From: Phormidesmis sp.
Lineage (GTDB): Bacteria; Cyanobacteriota; Cyanobacteriia; Leptolyngbyales; Leptolyngbyaceae
Reading direction: 5' to 3'
Length of the DNA stretch: 64,000 nt
NCBI GenBank assembly: GCA_965248535.1
Contig: CBDFJR010000005.1
Span: 896,001 to 960,000 of the forward strand
Below, piece by piece: positions 1 to 9,611 of the stretch; position 1 is the first letter of the stretch; every line of letters starts with the position of its first letter. A program made the translations under genes and the position numbers. The notes under the pieces are model-generated. The model was not told the DNA's origin. It saw only the letters and a program-made list of their open reading frames with translations, and made no database searches.

Positions 1-957
1 GCGGTTTTTCTTGAGCACAAACGGCTCGGCTAGCCAGCGAATAATCTCTCGTCCAGCTACGGCCATGCGGTTCATGGTGCTGGCGTGAACCGATTGACCA
101 AAATATTGCCACAGCACGAGTTCAATCATTTCCCAGGCGTTGGCTGCCCCAAACTGAGCGCGCACATCGGGAGCTTCTAGAACCTTAAAGGCTTCGGCGA
201 GAGATTGGCTAGTTTCGACTCGCAAGACGTTGATATAGCCATAGGAAGAGTTCTTTAAATTGTTGCGTAAATCTAACCCGGCTCGACGCACGATCGCCAT
301 AGAGCCAAAGGTCGGATCAGTCGCATTTTGCCGAATCACTTCACTGATCCGTTTGTCGCGCCAAAACTTAGCGGTTTCCCCAATAAAGTGAGAAAAAAGC
401 CCATGAAACTCAGGATTGAGCCGAGCACCCGGGCCCGGATCGCGCCCATAGCCCAAGACGCGGGCATAGGCTCGACGACGATCGCGCTGGTGGTAGCGCA
501 AAATATTGTGCCGATCGAAGCGATAGAGTCCATAAGCGCCTTCGCCGTTAGAAATCCGCAGGGTTCCGGCTCGAAATAGCTCTTGCAGCTTGTGCATCAC
601 TTTAAACACCCCCAACAGTTCATGAATAGCGAGGTAGTAAAGGTCGGCTGTAGCCAGGATACGATCGCTGGTCACGGTGTCGTCATAATCAGCCACCCCG
701 GCCGAGACTTGGGTTTGTCCCAGATCAACAGGGGCATTGCTTCCCAAGCCAATCAGATCGGCGAGTCCGCCATCGGTCGGGGTTCCCTTGCCGTTTTGGG
801 CGGCATCAAATTTGTTCACCTGGTCATCGACCATGCGGTTGAGAACTTCGGCCAGTTGGGGGTTGGCGACGAGTTCCGGGCCTAGGGCCTCAATGGTGTT
901 TTGCAATAGTGCGGCAACGCGATCGTTGCGCTGATCATAATCTCGTGTGTTAGGCAT
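1..957 (-). CDS. Hypothetical protein of the uncharacterised operon (partial, runs off the window edge)
   Basis: Manual translation from ATG at 957 (AGGA upstream): MPNTRDYDQRNDRVAALLQ...DLYYLAIHELLGVFKVMHKLQELFRAG...; open to position 1; absent from the ORF track because no stop lies in the window. Confidence 0.85.
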   Translation of the reverse strand, partial: MPNTRDYDQRNDRVAALLQNTIEALGPELVANPQLAEVLNRMVDDQVNKFDAAQNGKGTPTDGGLADLIGLGSNAPVDLGQTQVSAGVADYDDTVTSDRILATADLYYLAIHELLGVFKVMHKLQELFRAGTLRISNGEGAYGLYRFDRHNILRYHQRDRRRAYARVLGYGRDPGPGARLNPEFHGLFSHFIGETAKFWRDKRISEVIRQNATDPTFGSMAIVRRAGLDLRNNLKNSSYGYINVLRVETSQSLAEAFKVLEAPDVRAQFGAANAWEMIELVLWQYFGQSVHASTMNRMAVAGREIIRWLAEPFVLKKNR

Positions 958-1008
958 AGCTCAATTTCTATCCTTCTAAAATCTCGATCGGTCAGAGGCT
1001 GTCAGTAG

Positions 1009-2418
1009 TTACTTAAAAGAATTAGAGAGTCCGGGGGATAGATCCGCCAGCACCTTGAGTTGGGAGAGTAACTCCCTGAGCGTTTGGTTGACCCGCTCAT
1101 AAGACAAGAGTTGCTTCAGTAATGGATTCCGCTCAAGTTGACTTCCTTCCCTCACATCGGCAGGGATACCAAACTGGATATAGTCCAAAATTAGACCAAT
1201 GACCCAAAACAGCGTGTCGGCTTGATCTGCAACAAACTCCAGCCCATATCGACCTGACGTTGCGAGGATATCAGGAGCCTCGATACTACTGAAGCGATCT
1301 ATCCAGTCAGTGAGGTCATTGACTGTGATTCTGGGCAGCACAAATTGAAGAGATAAGTCTTGACCCAAACCCAAGAACAGAGACTGATCTGGGAAATCCG
1401 ATAGGGTTGAAAATCGAGCCGACTCAGTTCGCCGTTCAGATTCGCTGAACCCGATCGAATCCATTGCTGCCATAAAGCTGGCATTGCTATCGGCAATCAC
1501 AGGCAACAAGACACTGGAACGAGAGAGCTTATCGCTGTAACTCCCTGACTCTTGCTCAGACACACTTGCTCCGAGATATTTCGTCCAAAAGCCGTTTAGC
1601 GTATCTACATAATTCTGAATCAACTCAAAAGCGGCAACTTGAGCTTCATCCTTGGTTGTCACGAGATTATCGACTAACCCAGTTCTAGTTAAAGAGCTTG
1701 TCCCTGGTTGCGATAGAGAAGCCAGCTTTGCTAGTTTGCCAAACTCTACAAGGTTTCTTTTTAGAGTGCTGAAGTAGATATCGACTCGACTGCGGCGGGG
1801 TTCATCCAATCGCCCAAACTCTTCAACTAGGCTCGTCATCTGGCTACGAACTAAAGCCCGTAGCGCTTCTACTGCATCTTGGTCAGCCGTTGGGTCAAAG
1901 GGAGCGATGCCTTCTAGCACTTGCAGAGCATCTGCCGTGATCAGGCTGGCTTGACGGTATAGATTTGCCTGTTCAACAGAGAGTTGCCCAATCAAGTCTG
2001 TACTATTGTTTCCATTGCCAGAGGTGGGAGCGTACATAGAAACAACGCTGCGGCTAGGCACGGTCACAATTTTGCCATCGGTTGCGCTGGGAAATGCGGT
2101 GTTTAGCGCACTCATGAATCCGTCAGAACCTCTTCCCGGTGACCGCCCTAATACTTGAGTCAAGGCGCGCTCCACCTGCCGTACTAGCAAATTTGTATTG
2201 CTTGTTGCACCCGTGCGAGCAATACCTTCCTCATAAGCAGTTGGCTCATTGTTTGCCTGTTGTCCCAAAAATTGAGCAATTTCAGCCAATTGTTGAGCCA
2301 CCTGATTGTCGGTATCTGGCAGCTTTTTTTGATAGAGCTTGTTAAGAAGGCGATTACGGAAGTCTTGAAGCTGTTGAAGTGTAAAGTCTTTTTGTTCTAG
2401 AAAAACTGGAAAAGCCAT
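1009..2418 (-). CDS. Hypothetical, probably helical protein (~469 aa)
   Basis: Long ORF co-oriented in the operon; GAGG precedes ATG at 2418. Confidence 0.8.
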   Translation of the reverse strand: MAFPVFLEQKDFTLQQLQDFRNRLLNKLYQKKLPDTDNQVAQQLAEIAQFLGQQANNEPTAYEEGIARTGATSNTNLLVRQVERALTQVLGRSPGRGSDGFMSALNTAFPSATDGKIVTVPSRSVVSMYAPTSGNGNNSTDLIGQLSVEQANLYRQASLITADALQVLEGIAPFDPTADQDAVEALRALVRSQMTSLVEEFGRLDEPRRSRVDIYFSTLKRNLVEFGKLAKLASLSQPGTSSLTRTGLVDNLVTTKDEAQVAAFELIQNYVDTLNGFWTKYLGASVSEQESGSYSDKLSRSSVLLPVIADSNASFMAAMDSIGFSESERRTESARFSTLSDFPDQSLFLGLGQDLSLQFVLPRITVNDLTDWIDRFSSIEAPDILATSGRYGLEFVADQADTLFWVIGLILDYIQFGIPADVREGSQLERNPLLKQLLSYERVNQTLRELLSQLKVLADLSPGLSNSFK

Positions 2419-2505
2419 TGTTATTAACCTCATCTACAGCATTAATCATTCACGAGTTGATTGGACTTATCCTACTCATTAGCCAGTCCGATCTTGGTGG
2501 TGTAC

Positions 2506-3861
2506 CTATCGCCTCCCTAAAATGCGATAGAAATTGTCGGTAATGGTTTGGGGGGTTGCAAGTTGACGGTCTAAGGCAAACCGAGCCGCACTGATCATGA
2601 ACCGAACCGGAACAGTGCCGGGATCTTGTCCGGCGGCCAGCCGTTGCCCCGCTAACTCCACCATTGCCATTTGCTTGGGCCCAAACTGCATCGCTTGAGC
2701 CAGAGATTGATTTCCAAACTGGCGGTAAGGCTGAAAAACCATTGTATCCACGACCATCTCAGCCGCCGGATAAAAGGTCTTCATAAACTCGGCAGGAATG
2801 TCGTTGGGCGTGACTTTAGGATAGAGCCGTTGCCAGACTCGCGTCAGATCCGCCGCCATTTTTTCAAACCCCATGCGGCGCAGCAAAATCAGGTTGATCA
2901 ACGTTCGCAGATAGGGAGTGGGATGCACAGACATGGCGCTAAAGCGAACGGTGCTGGACGGCGATCGCCCCACCACATCCATCAGTGATTCCACCGCAGC
3001 CGGGCCACCCAGAACCAAGGCAAACATATCAGCCATTGTTTCTTTGTGCCACAGCGCCCAGACTTGCGCCACATTGGTTGGAATGTTGCCCTCGGTGGTT
3101 AAACGCTGATAGATTCGAGCCGGAATTTCTTCCCACAAGCCTAAATCTGCCTGAAGATTGTGCGAGACTTCGTGCAAAATGCTCGACAGGGCCCACACAT
3201 TATCTAGCCGATGCTGAGGCAGCATAATCAGGGGAAAGGGATTGGGATTGCGCCGCAGCCGCATGATCGGCACCCCCCGTCGAAATGTGGCCGGACTGAA
3301 ACCACTGTTGGCATAGCTAAAGGGCAGCAAACTCGGAGTAGGTTGAGCAGTTCCTAGACCGACGTAGAGATCTTCATAGCAGTTGGCACAGATGCGATCG
3401 ACGGCCCGCAATCGTTCACCAAAGTTAGAAAGTCGCTGAATAAATAGATCGAAGTAAAAATCCCAAATGCCCTCGACATAAAGCACTCGGTTGCCGACCA
3501 CCTGCTTGCGCTCTAACAACACTTGAATGCGGCTAGAGGTTGGCTCACGGCGGGCTGCTGCTGCCGCTGCCTCGACCCAGCGCGATCGCTCAATCAACTG
3601 ACTGCGAAATTGGTCAATAAACCGATTCACCGCGTCAATATGGGCCTCACTCGGAGCCGCAACGCCTGTGCCAAACTCATCTTTGATGAATGGCCGCAGC
3701 GATTTTGCGTGACGGGTGAGATTAATCGACTGGATGTTGAGCCAGTTATCGAGCAAAAGATGTTCACCTGCGGTGGTTGCCCCTTTCATAACCTGAGCCG
3801 CAGATTTGGCATCGGCAGCAGGATGTTGCTTGGGTGGAGCAGAAGAATTTGCCATCGTCAC
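2506..3861 (-). CDS. HExxH zinc-metallopeptidase-like protein
   Basis: LHEVSH followed by WHKETMADMFA..GPA (gluzincin-like third Glu). Confidence 0.65.
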   Translation of the reverse strand: MTMANSSAPPKQHPAADAKSAAQVMKGATTAGEHLLLDNWLNIQSINLTRHAKSLRPFIKDEFGTGVAAPSEAHIDAVNRFIDQFRSQLIERSRWVEAAAAAARREPTSSRIQVLLERKQVVGNRVLYVEGIWDFYFDLFIQRLSNFGERLRAVDRICANCYEDLYVGLGTAQPTPSLLPFSYANSGFSPATFRRGVPIMRLRRNPNPFPLIMLPQHRLDNVWALSSILHEVSHNLQADLGLWEEIPARIYQRLTTEGNIPTNVAQVWALWHKETMADMFALVLGGPAAVESLMDVVGRSPSSTVRFSAMSVHPTPYLRTLINLILLRRMGFEKMAADLTRVWQRLYPKVTPNDIPAEFMKTFYPAAEMVVDTMVFQPYRQFGNQSLAQAMQFGPKQMAMVELAGQRLAAGQDPGTVPVRFMISAARFALDRQLATPQTITDNFYRILGRR

Positions 3862-3905
3862 AGCTTCCTAGTGAGGTGGGTGAAGCACAGCGGCCCTGAG
3901 AACGC

Positions 3906-5105
3906 TCAACGAAGGGCGGTAGCCCGGCTAGCACAGACGGGACACCGAGCATTAGTGGCTGCTGCTGCTCGACGGGGACTGGGCGGTGCAGTGCGCTGAC
4001 GTAGAACGGCATTTCGCACGATCGCTTGCTGCACGAGTTGCGGGTTACTCAACACTCGACGACTGGCCGATGCCATGGCTTTGACGGCCAGCGCGCCGTT
4101 GATCGGTTGACCTGCTTTAGAAGCCGCTTTGAGAGTTGCAACCGTGCGCCGTTGAATCGTGGGCACCGTTCGCAGCAGTTGCCGCCCGACGGGGCCTTGC
4201 TGGCGTAGCGTCTTCACGAGTTGACTGTTGGCTTGAGCCAAAATCGGCATCACCGGACGCAAGGCCCGCCGTCCGCCCATGATCGAAATTGTGATCGGTA
4301 AGGCTGCACCTAGCGTCGTTTCTGACTCAGCTTCGGTGGCGGCTTCTGCCGATTGCGCGGCTAGAAACTCTGTCAGGGCTGCTTCTTGAGCCGATTCAGT
4401 CTGACCCACTTCGGCTTCAGCTTCGTTGGTGCCAAAAAATTCTGCTTCCATCTGTCCGGCTTCCATTTCGCCTTCTTGCACGAGCGCGCTGGTGAGTTTG
4501 GCGGCTAGGGGTCCCGCGATCGGGCCAATGCCTGGAATCAAAGCAGCCAGTTTGCCCGCCACGATCGGAGCAAATCGCTTGGCCAAGGGAGCCGCTAGTT
4601 TGGCAACTTTGCCAATGCCTCGTTTAACCGCCCGAAACGCTTTCTTAAAGAAATATTCTCCCTCGTCTTCAGGATTGGAGTATGGATTGGAGTAGGGATT
4701 AGAGTACGAATTGCTGTAATGAGCAGCTTCGTGGCTAGTTTCCCACTCATCCTCAAACTCAGGATTGGAGTATGGATTGGAGTAATGAGCGGCTTCGTGA
4801 TTAGTCTCCCACTCATCCTCAAACTCATGGCTGGCTTGGGGATTGGAGTAATGAGCAGCTTCGTGGCTAGTTTCCCACTCATCTTCAAACTCAGGATTAG
4901 AGTAGGGATTGGAGTAATGAGCGGCTTCGTGATTAGTCTCCCACTCATCCTCAAATTCAGGATTGGCTTGGGGATTGGAGTAATGGGCAGCTTCGTGATT
5001 TGTTTCCCATTCATCCTCAAACTCAGGGTTAGAGTAGGGATTGCTGTAGTGGGCGGCTTCGTGAGAAACCGGGGCCTCAAACATTGCTTGGTGTTGCGTT
5101 GCCAT
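3906..5105 (-). CDS. Acidic-repeat protein with cationic amphipathic segments
   Basis: ATG at 5105 with GGAGAG RBS; 22-aa repeats HEAAHYSNPYSNPEFEDEWET, then FFKKAFRAVKRGIGKVAKLAAPL. Confidence 0.8.
   Translation of the reverse strand: MATQHQAMFEAPVSHEAAHYSNPYSNPEFEDEWETNHEAAHYSNPQANPEFEDEWETNHEAAHYSNPYSNPEFEDEWETSHEAAHYSNPQASHEFEDEWETNHEAAHYSNPYSNPEFEDEWETSHEAAHYSNSYSNPYSNPYSNPEDEGEYFFKKAFRAVKRGIGKVAKLAAPLAKRFAPIVAGKLAALIPGIGPIAGPLAAKLTSALVQEGEMEAGQMEAEFFGTNEAEAEVGQTESAQEAALTEFLAAQSAEAATEAESETTLGAALPITISIMGGRRALRPVMPILAQANSQLVKTLRQQGPVGRQLLRTVPTIQRRTVATLKAASKAGQPINGALAVKAMASASRRVLSNPQLVQQAIVRNAVLRQRTAPPSPRRAAAATNARCPVCASRATALR
4668..5063 (-). repeat. 66-bp coding tandem repeat, 5 full and 1 partial units
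   Basis: gcrgcttcgtg recurs at 4723, 4789, 4855, 4921, 4987 and 5053. Confidence 0.95.
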
Positions 5106-5229
5106 TTGTAAAACTCTCCGTATGAATTTAGGGGCGCAAATTGTTGAACTACGATCGTCGAAAGGTTCCAAGAAGCGTTTGGGCAACGATCGGGGCGAGA
5201 CGCTTGGCAAAGGGTGCAGTCATGGCGAC

Positions 5230-5484
5230 TTATCGGATGGTTTGAAGGACTTTTTGAACGGAGTCCAACTCCCACTCACGCGCCATTGTGAAATGAGTGT
5301 AATGCGACGCTTGCGGGATTTCCAGTTTGAATTTATGCCCCGGATGGGAATCAGGTCTAAAACTATGGGTTGCTCTGAACGTCTCCCGCTCATCTGAACG
5401 TTGCGGATAGGAATAGTGAATTGCTTCAACCGTTGCGCTTCCGATATTTACACCTTTTTTCTTACCATTCGCGTATCCGTTCAT
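5230..5484 (-). CDS. Small hypothetical protein, possible first gene of the operon
   Basis: 84-aa ORF; PQASHY...REWE echoes the downstream repeat. Confidence 0.4.
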   Translation of the reverse strand: MNGYANGKKKGVNIGSATVEAIHYSYPQRSDERETFRATHSFRPDSHPGHKFKLEIPQASHYTHFTMAREWELDSVQKVLQTIR

Positions 5485-5903
5485 TCGGATATTCTTCCAA
5501 CATAGGCGATCGAACTAATAGACTGTTCGTTCTCTATATAACCACTGCTATCTCTCAGAGTGCAGTCCCTTTTTTAAGGGTCGCTTATGTTTAGTAGCGC
5601 AAACGAGTGTCGTTCAAATAAGGGACGGGCGATCGGGCAGTTCCATGATTTCATTGAAACCAGAGGCAGGCTCAAAAAGTCAGCGTTTTTAGCCCATTTT
5701 GATTCTGACCGCCACTGCAAAGTACCCGTTCGGGCGATTGTCTTTTGGTCTTATTCATTGCACAATACAGGGTTTAGTATCAACTGAGTTCAGCTATCAG
5801 CATTCACCGAACACGGGTATCGCTAGTTTCTCTGCTCGCGCCATATTGTCTTCTTTCAGTTCGCTCTCGAAGCTTTCCGCTCCAGTAGCTTAAGGAGATA
5901 CTA

Positions 5904-6326
5904 ATGGATCTTGATAATAAAAAACCAACTCCAGAAATTCAGAATTCTGTGTCGTTAGAGCAAGAAGTTTTGCTGAACTGTTTAGTTAGAAAAGTGTCTC
6001 ATGTCGCCCCTCTAAAGCGTCTTCAAACGACTGAAGAGACGGTCAACGAAGTGATCATTGAATCAGATATTGATGGCACCCATTATTATCTAGTTCGCTG
6101 CACACCAAAGTTAGCCTGCTCGGTTAGTTTAAGTCCGCGAGAGTTAGCGATCGCTCGTCTGGTTTCTCAAGGGTTTCCCAACAAGTGTGTTGGCAGTCAA
6201 CTCAACATTAGCCCCTGGACGGTTGCAACTCATCTGCGCCGCATCTTTGGTAAGCTAAACGTCAACTCAAGAACTGCGATGGTGTCAAAACTTATGGAAA
6301 TAGGAATTCTATTGCAAAAAAGTTGA
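5904..6326 (+). CDS. LuxR-family HTH transcriptional regulator (no receiver domain)
   Basis: LSPRELAIARLVSQGFPNKCVGSQLNISPWTVATHLRRIFGKL; AAGGAG RBS. Confidence 0.9.
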   Translation: MDLDNKKPTPEIQNSVSLEQEVLLNCLVRKVSHVAPLKRLQTTEETVNEVIIESDIDGTHYYLVRCTPKLACSVSLSPRELAIARLVSQGFPNKCVGSQLNISPWTVATHLRRIFGKLNVNSRTAMVSKLMEIGILLQKS

Positions 6327-6427
6327 GCTATGTCAGCAAGTTAACTCGGTCAAGCGATCGAATAGTTTCGGACTCTTGCCCGTAGAATGGAGGAGCAAAC
6401 ACCAGCACTGCCAATTGAGCAAGCATT

Positions 6428-7027
6428 ATGGCGTATAGCGATTTCACTGTTGGTAAGGTAAAGCAAACCTTCGGAATCCAGACAATCGAAGGGAAACCTT
6501 TCTTTCCGACGATCGTCCCCGTTGCGCCTAGTTCTACTTTGATCGAAATCTTAGATGAAACCCTGCCGCTTGCGGTTGCACTGCCTAGTGAAAAGGCAAA
6601 ATCTGAACTCATTATTAGCCCAATTTTGGTTGAAGTGCGGAAATACCTTAAGCACCAAGTGAGCCTATTTTCAGGACAGGATTTTACGGTTGATGTGAAT
6701 GTAGGACTCTCTGGAATTTGTGATTTTCTGATTAGCCAATCGCCAGAGCAGTTAGAAATTGAGTCTCCGGTAGTCGTCTTAGTAGAAGCGAAGAGAGCAG
6801 ATATCAATAGCGGTATGGGGCAGTGTATGGCTGAAATGGTCGCTGCACAGCAGTTTAATCAGCAAGCTGGACAGCCACCGAAACCCGTTTATGGCTGTGT
6901 CACTAGTGGACTGTTATGGCGCTTTCTCAAGCTCGAAGGGAATCAGATGACGGTGGATCTGAGAGATTATTCCTTAGAGCCACTCTCAGACTTGCTGGGT
7001 AAACTGGTTTGGATGTGCGGCGTATAG
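6428..7027 (+). CDS. PD-(D/E)xK restriction-endonuclease-like cyanobacterial protein
   Basis: GICDFLI...VLVEAKR...GQCMAEM motifs. Confidence 0.65.
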   Translation: MAYSDFTVGKVKQTFGIQTIEGKPFFPTIVPVAPSSTLIEILDETLPLAVALPSEKAKSELIISPILVEVRKYLKHQVSLFSGQDFTVDVNVGLSGICDFLISQSPEQLEIESPVVVLVEAKRADINSGMGQCMAEMVAAQQFNQQAGQPPKPVYGCVTSGLLWRFLKLEGNQMTVDLRDYSLEPLSDLLGKLVWMCGV

Positions 7028-7083
7028 GAGAAGAGATACGATCGTGGTCACAAGCCTACCCAAATTGACAGCTTTAGTCTGGG

Positions 7084-7470
7084 TTAGGCAGGCTGATTTA
7101 GCTTCTCAGCAGGTTGTGTCAAGGCGATTAGTAGGAGAGCGATCGTAGCGGGCAATGCTTGCACAAACAGAATCGACAGCTTGACGGTAATGGCTCCATA
7201 TACGCCAGCGATGACTACGCAAAGTAGGAAAAACACGCTAATAGAAACATCTTCTCGTTTGGCAAATCGTGCCCAGAGCAATCCAATTGCGAGAAACCCG
7301 TTGTAAAACCCTTGATTTGCAGCTAAAGGTGCCGTGAAAATCGCCTGTTGTGGGGTGAGATTGAAGAGCGTGCTAATCGTTGGCGTTGTCCATAAGAACA
7401 TCTCCATGACCAGAAAGGTGAGATGTAATAGGATCACTAACCCGATCGCTGCATTGGTAATTTTATTCAT
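7084..7470 (-). CDS. DUF1304 membrane protein
   Basis: EMFLW, ANQGFYNGFLA and QALPA motifs. Confidence 0.85.
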   Translation of the reverse strand: MNKITNAAIGLVILLHLTFLVMEMFLWTTPTISTLFNLTPQQAIFTAPLAANQGFYNGFLAIGLLWARFAKREDVSISVFFLLCVVIAGVYGAITVKLSILFVQALPATIALLLIALTQPAEKLNQPA

Positions 7471-7491
7471 GATGAAAGCTCCTTTAGTTTG

Positions 7492-8469
7492 TTACGATTT
7501 TCTAATTATTTTGAGGCGAGTTGGAGCACCATTCTTAGCACCATCAAAGACAATCAGAACTTCGTAGTGGACTTCATTGCCTGACGTACTTTCCGCTAGT
7601 AGAGCAAGTCCCTCAGCCTTAGTATTCTCATACACGGGAATCTCTCCCAGAAGCTTGATTTGCCCAACCTTACCCGATGTGCGAGTACCCGGCAAACAGT
7701 CTTCACCATCCCAGAAATAAGCTTGGTATGAACCCGGCCCATCCCCCATTGGGCCAGCCAGAATCAAAAACCCCTCGCTAACTCGTGTAATATCCCGAAC
7801 GCCTCGCCCATCTAAGTTTATAAAAACTAAATCTGCTCCAGCTATTGGTTTGGAAAACTTGCACTTCAAGATCGGTACCCAGTTTTCCCGGAGCACTGGC
7901 CCACGGAAACCAATGTATAGCTGTTCATCACGAACTGCGATTCCTTCGATATCAACGCCGTTCTCCTTACTTGGAATGTGGCTGAAGCGATTTAGCAACG
8001 GATTGGTATCGATGATGGAACGTAAGTTAGTCTCCTCAAGTGCTGAGACATTGCCACCAGCATCTAACTGAAAGCGAAACAAACAATCGCGATCCGGTTC
8101 TGATTCTACTGCCCCCGCAGAGAACATAGTTTCCTGATTAGCTTGGTAAGACTTTTTTGGATCAATCTTCTTTCTTTTCCACGAGTGAGAACCTACCACA
8201 TAGACCGTATTATTCTCACGGGCGATCCCCTCGATATCTATCTCTTCTTTTGCGATATCTAGCTCGATACCACTGCCTACAGTTTGGTAGCTGCTGCCAT
8301 TAAGCTTTAGGATTTTCACCTTGTTCCCCTCATCAGCCCCAATGATCAGGAGCTTATCCATCACTTCAATGGCACTGATGTTCTCATTCTGATTCTTTTT
8401 ATTGTCGTCACCGTCATAAATGTTTCTGATGATGTTGACAGTCCCTAAAAATGAGATTGATGATGTCAT
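7492..8469 (-). CDS. DUF3616 family protein
   Basis: DIEG, GSHS, PSKENGVDIEG, GFRGP and KAEG motifs. Confidence 0.8.
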   Translation of the reverse strand: MTSSISFLGTVNIIRNIYDGDDNKKNQNENISAIEVMDKLLIIGADEGNKVKILKLNGSSYQTVGSGIELDIAKEEIDIEGIARENNTVYVVGSHSWKRKKIDPKKSYQANQETMFSAGAVESEPDRDCLFRFQLDAGGNVSALEETNLRSIIDTNPLLNRFSHIPSKENGVDIEGIAVRDEQLYIGFRGPVLRENWVPILKCKFSKPIAGADLVFINLDGRGVRDITRVSEGFLILAGPMGDGPGSYQAYFWDGEDCLPGTRTSGKVGQIKLLGEIPVYENTKAEGLALLAESTSGNEVHYEVLIVFDGAKNGAPTRLKIIRKS

Positions 8470-8630
8470 AATTTTTCCTGTTTTTCAAGGATTGCAGTTT
8501 TTCAAGGATTGCAGATCTTCTGTAGGTTGGGTTTACGTAGGGAAATCCAACCTACGGTGAGAAGCGATCGCCCTCAGCCCATAGCAAAGGGGCGATCGCG
8601 CTCAACAAGTGCTACAAGTTTACAGTGTGA

Positions 8631-9212
8631 TTAAACACGGAAGCGAATATATGGCTGATAGGTATTTGGCATAGAAACACACTTTTCGCGGGTGTGACCA
8701 GGATTTTTCCATGTGGGGGCCGGAACTTGCAAACATTCTGCCCGATTGTAGGTTGCTCGCCCTGCTTCAAGCGTAGTTCCTGCTATGGACAACCCAACCT
8801 GCTTACCGTTGAACGATGCACGGATAGCAGAGAGAAGTTTGTTGACTGTCAACTCCCGCCGTAGATTGGTTGCCATTTGTGGAGATTTCACGGCTGCTCC
8901 GCTAATCACTCTCTCCAGCGAACCACTTGCAAAGTTCTTAAAGTAGGCCGATGTTGCACCTCCTTTAGAAACGGCAACATCAGTAGCGATAACGGCTGCA
9001 AGTTTCATGTACTCAGCATGACTAAATTCTGTCGAGTAGACGACCGTCCAACCGTTATTAGCAAGGCTCTGTTCCACCTCTGGTCGATTGGTCTTGTGAT
9101 AAGCGGAAGCCTTGTCCGAGAAGCCTAAAGCTCCAGTCAATGAGACTCCAGTGATTAGAGATAGGGAAGCAAGTTTTGCAACAATTGATCGGGATTGAAA
9201 AATCGTTTTCAT
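8631..9212 (-). CDS. Secreted hypothetical protein
   Basis: Signal-peptide-like N-terminus ending in ASA; GAGG RBS. Confidence 0.65.
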   Translation of the reverse strand: MKTIFQSRSIVAKLASLSLITGVSLTGALGFSDKASAYHKTNRPEVEQSLANNGWTVVYSTEFSHAEYMKLAAVIATDVAVSKGGATSAYFKNFASGSLERVISGAAVKSPQMATNLRRELTVNKLLSAIRASFNGKQVGLSIAGTTLEAGRATYNRAECLQVPAPTWKNPGHTREKCVSMPNTYQPYIRFRV

Positions 9213-9298
9213 CCTGTTACCTCAGCGCGAGATGTAGTAGTGAACGCACCAAATTTAACCGCTCTAGATAAATCTTGGCGGTCGGTGAAAGGTCAGAT

Positions 9299-9512
9299 AA
9301 AAGTCAGATGACCTCTGTAAAGTTACTGAAAGTCTCTCCGAGCTTTATCTAGAGATGAGAATTCTTGGGTAAATATAATCGCTAGCCTTTGCCACTCGTC
9401 TCAACGATGACGATCGCCGAAACCATCCAAACGATCGCTCGCCTACTCCCGCAGGGACACCTGACCAAGATTCAGAAAATTGTGTCCTGGCAATCCTGAG
9501 ACAGGCGATCGC
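9299..9512 (+). pseudogene. Duplicated promoter and 5' fragment of the NB-ARC/WD40 gene
   Basis: Diverged copy of 11960-12172 (offset ~2662); MTIAETIQTIARLLPQGHLTKIQ...*; ends at GCGATCGC. Confidence 0.85.
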
Positions 9513-9611
9513 AAGCAAGGAAATTGAATGGGTGCCTTATTGCTATAAACGCACTCTACTGAAGCGACGATCGCAACGTGCGATTGGGTAAATCAGGGGG
9601 AGTCGATCGCG

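Noticed and set aside
328..934. Short ORF calls in the first kilobase, and similar antisense ORFs throughout
   Set aside because: They are shadows of longer, motif-bearing genes, here the minus-strand ORF starting at 957.
4668..5063. Possible CRISPR array
   Set aside because: Contiguous in-frame 66-bp coding repeats with no unique spacers; no cas genes in the window.
5564..5624. Palindrome CCCTT-TTTT-AAGGG as the LuxR operator
   Set aside because: Plausible position, but too short and low in complexity to support without comparative data.
8480..8514. Short tandem duplication TTTTTCAAGGATTGCAG x2 (similar case at ~56612-56643)
   Set aside because: Two-copy slippage-type duplications with no further structure.
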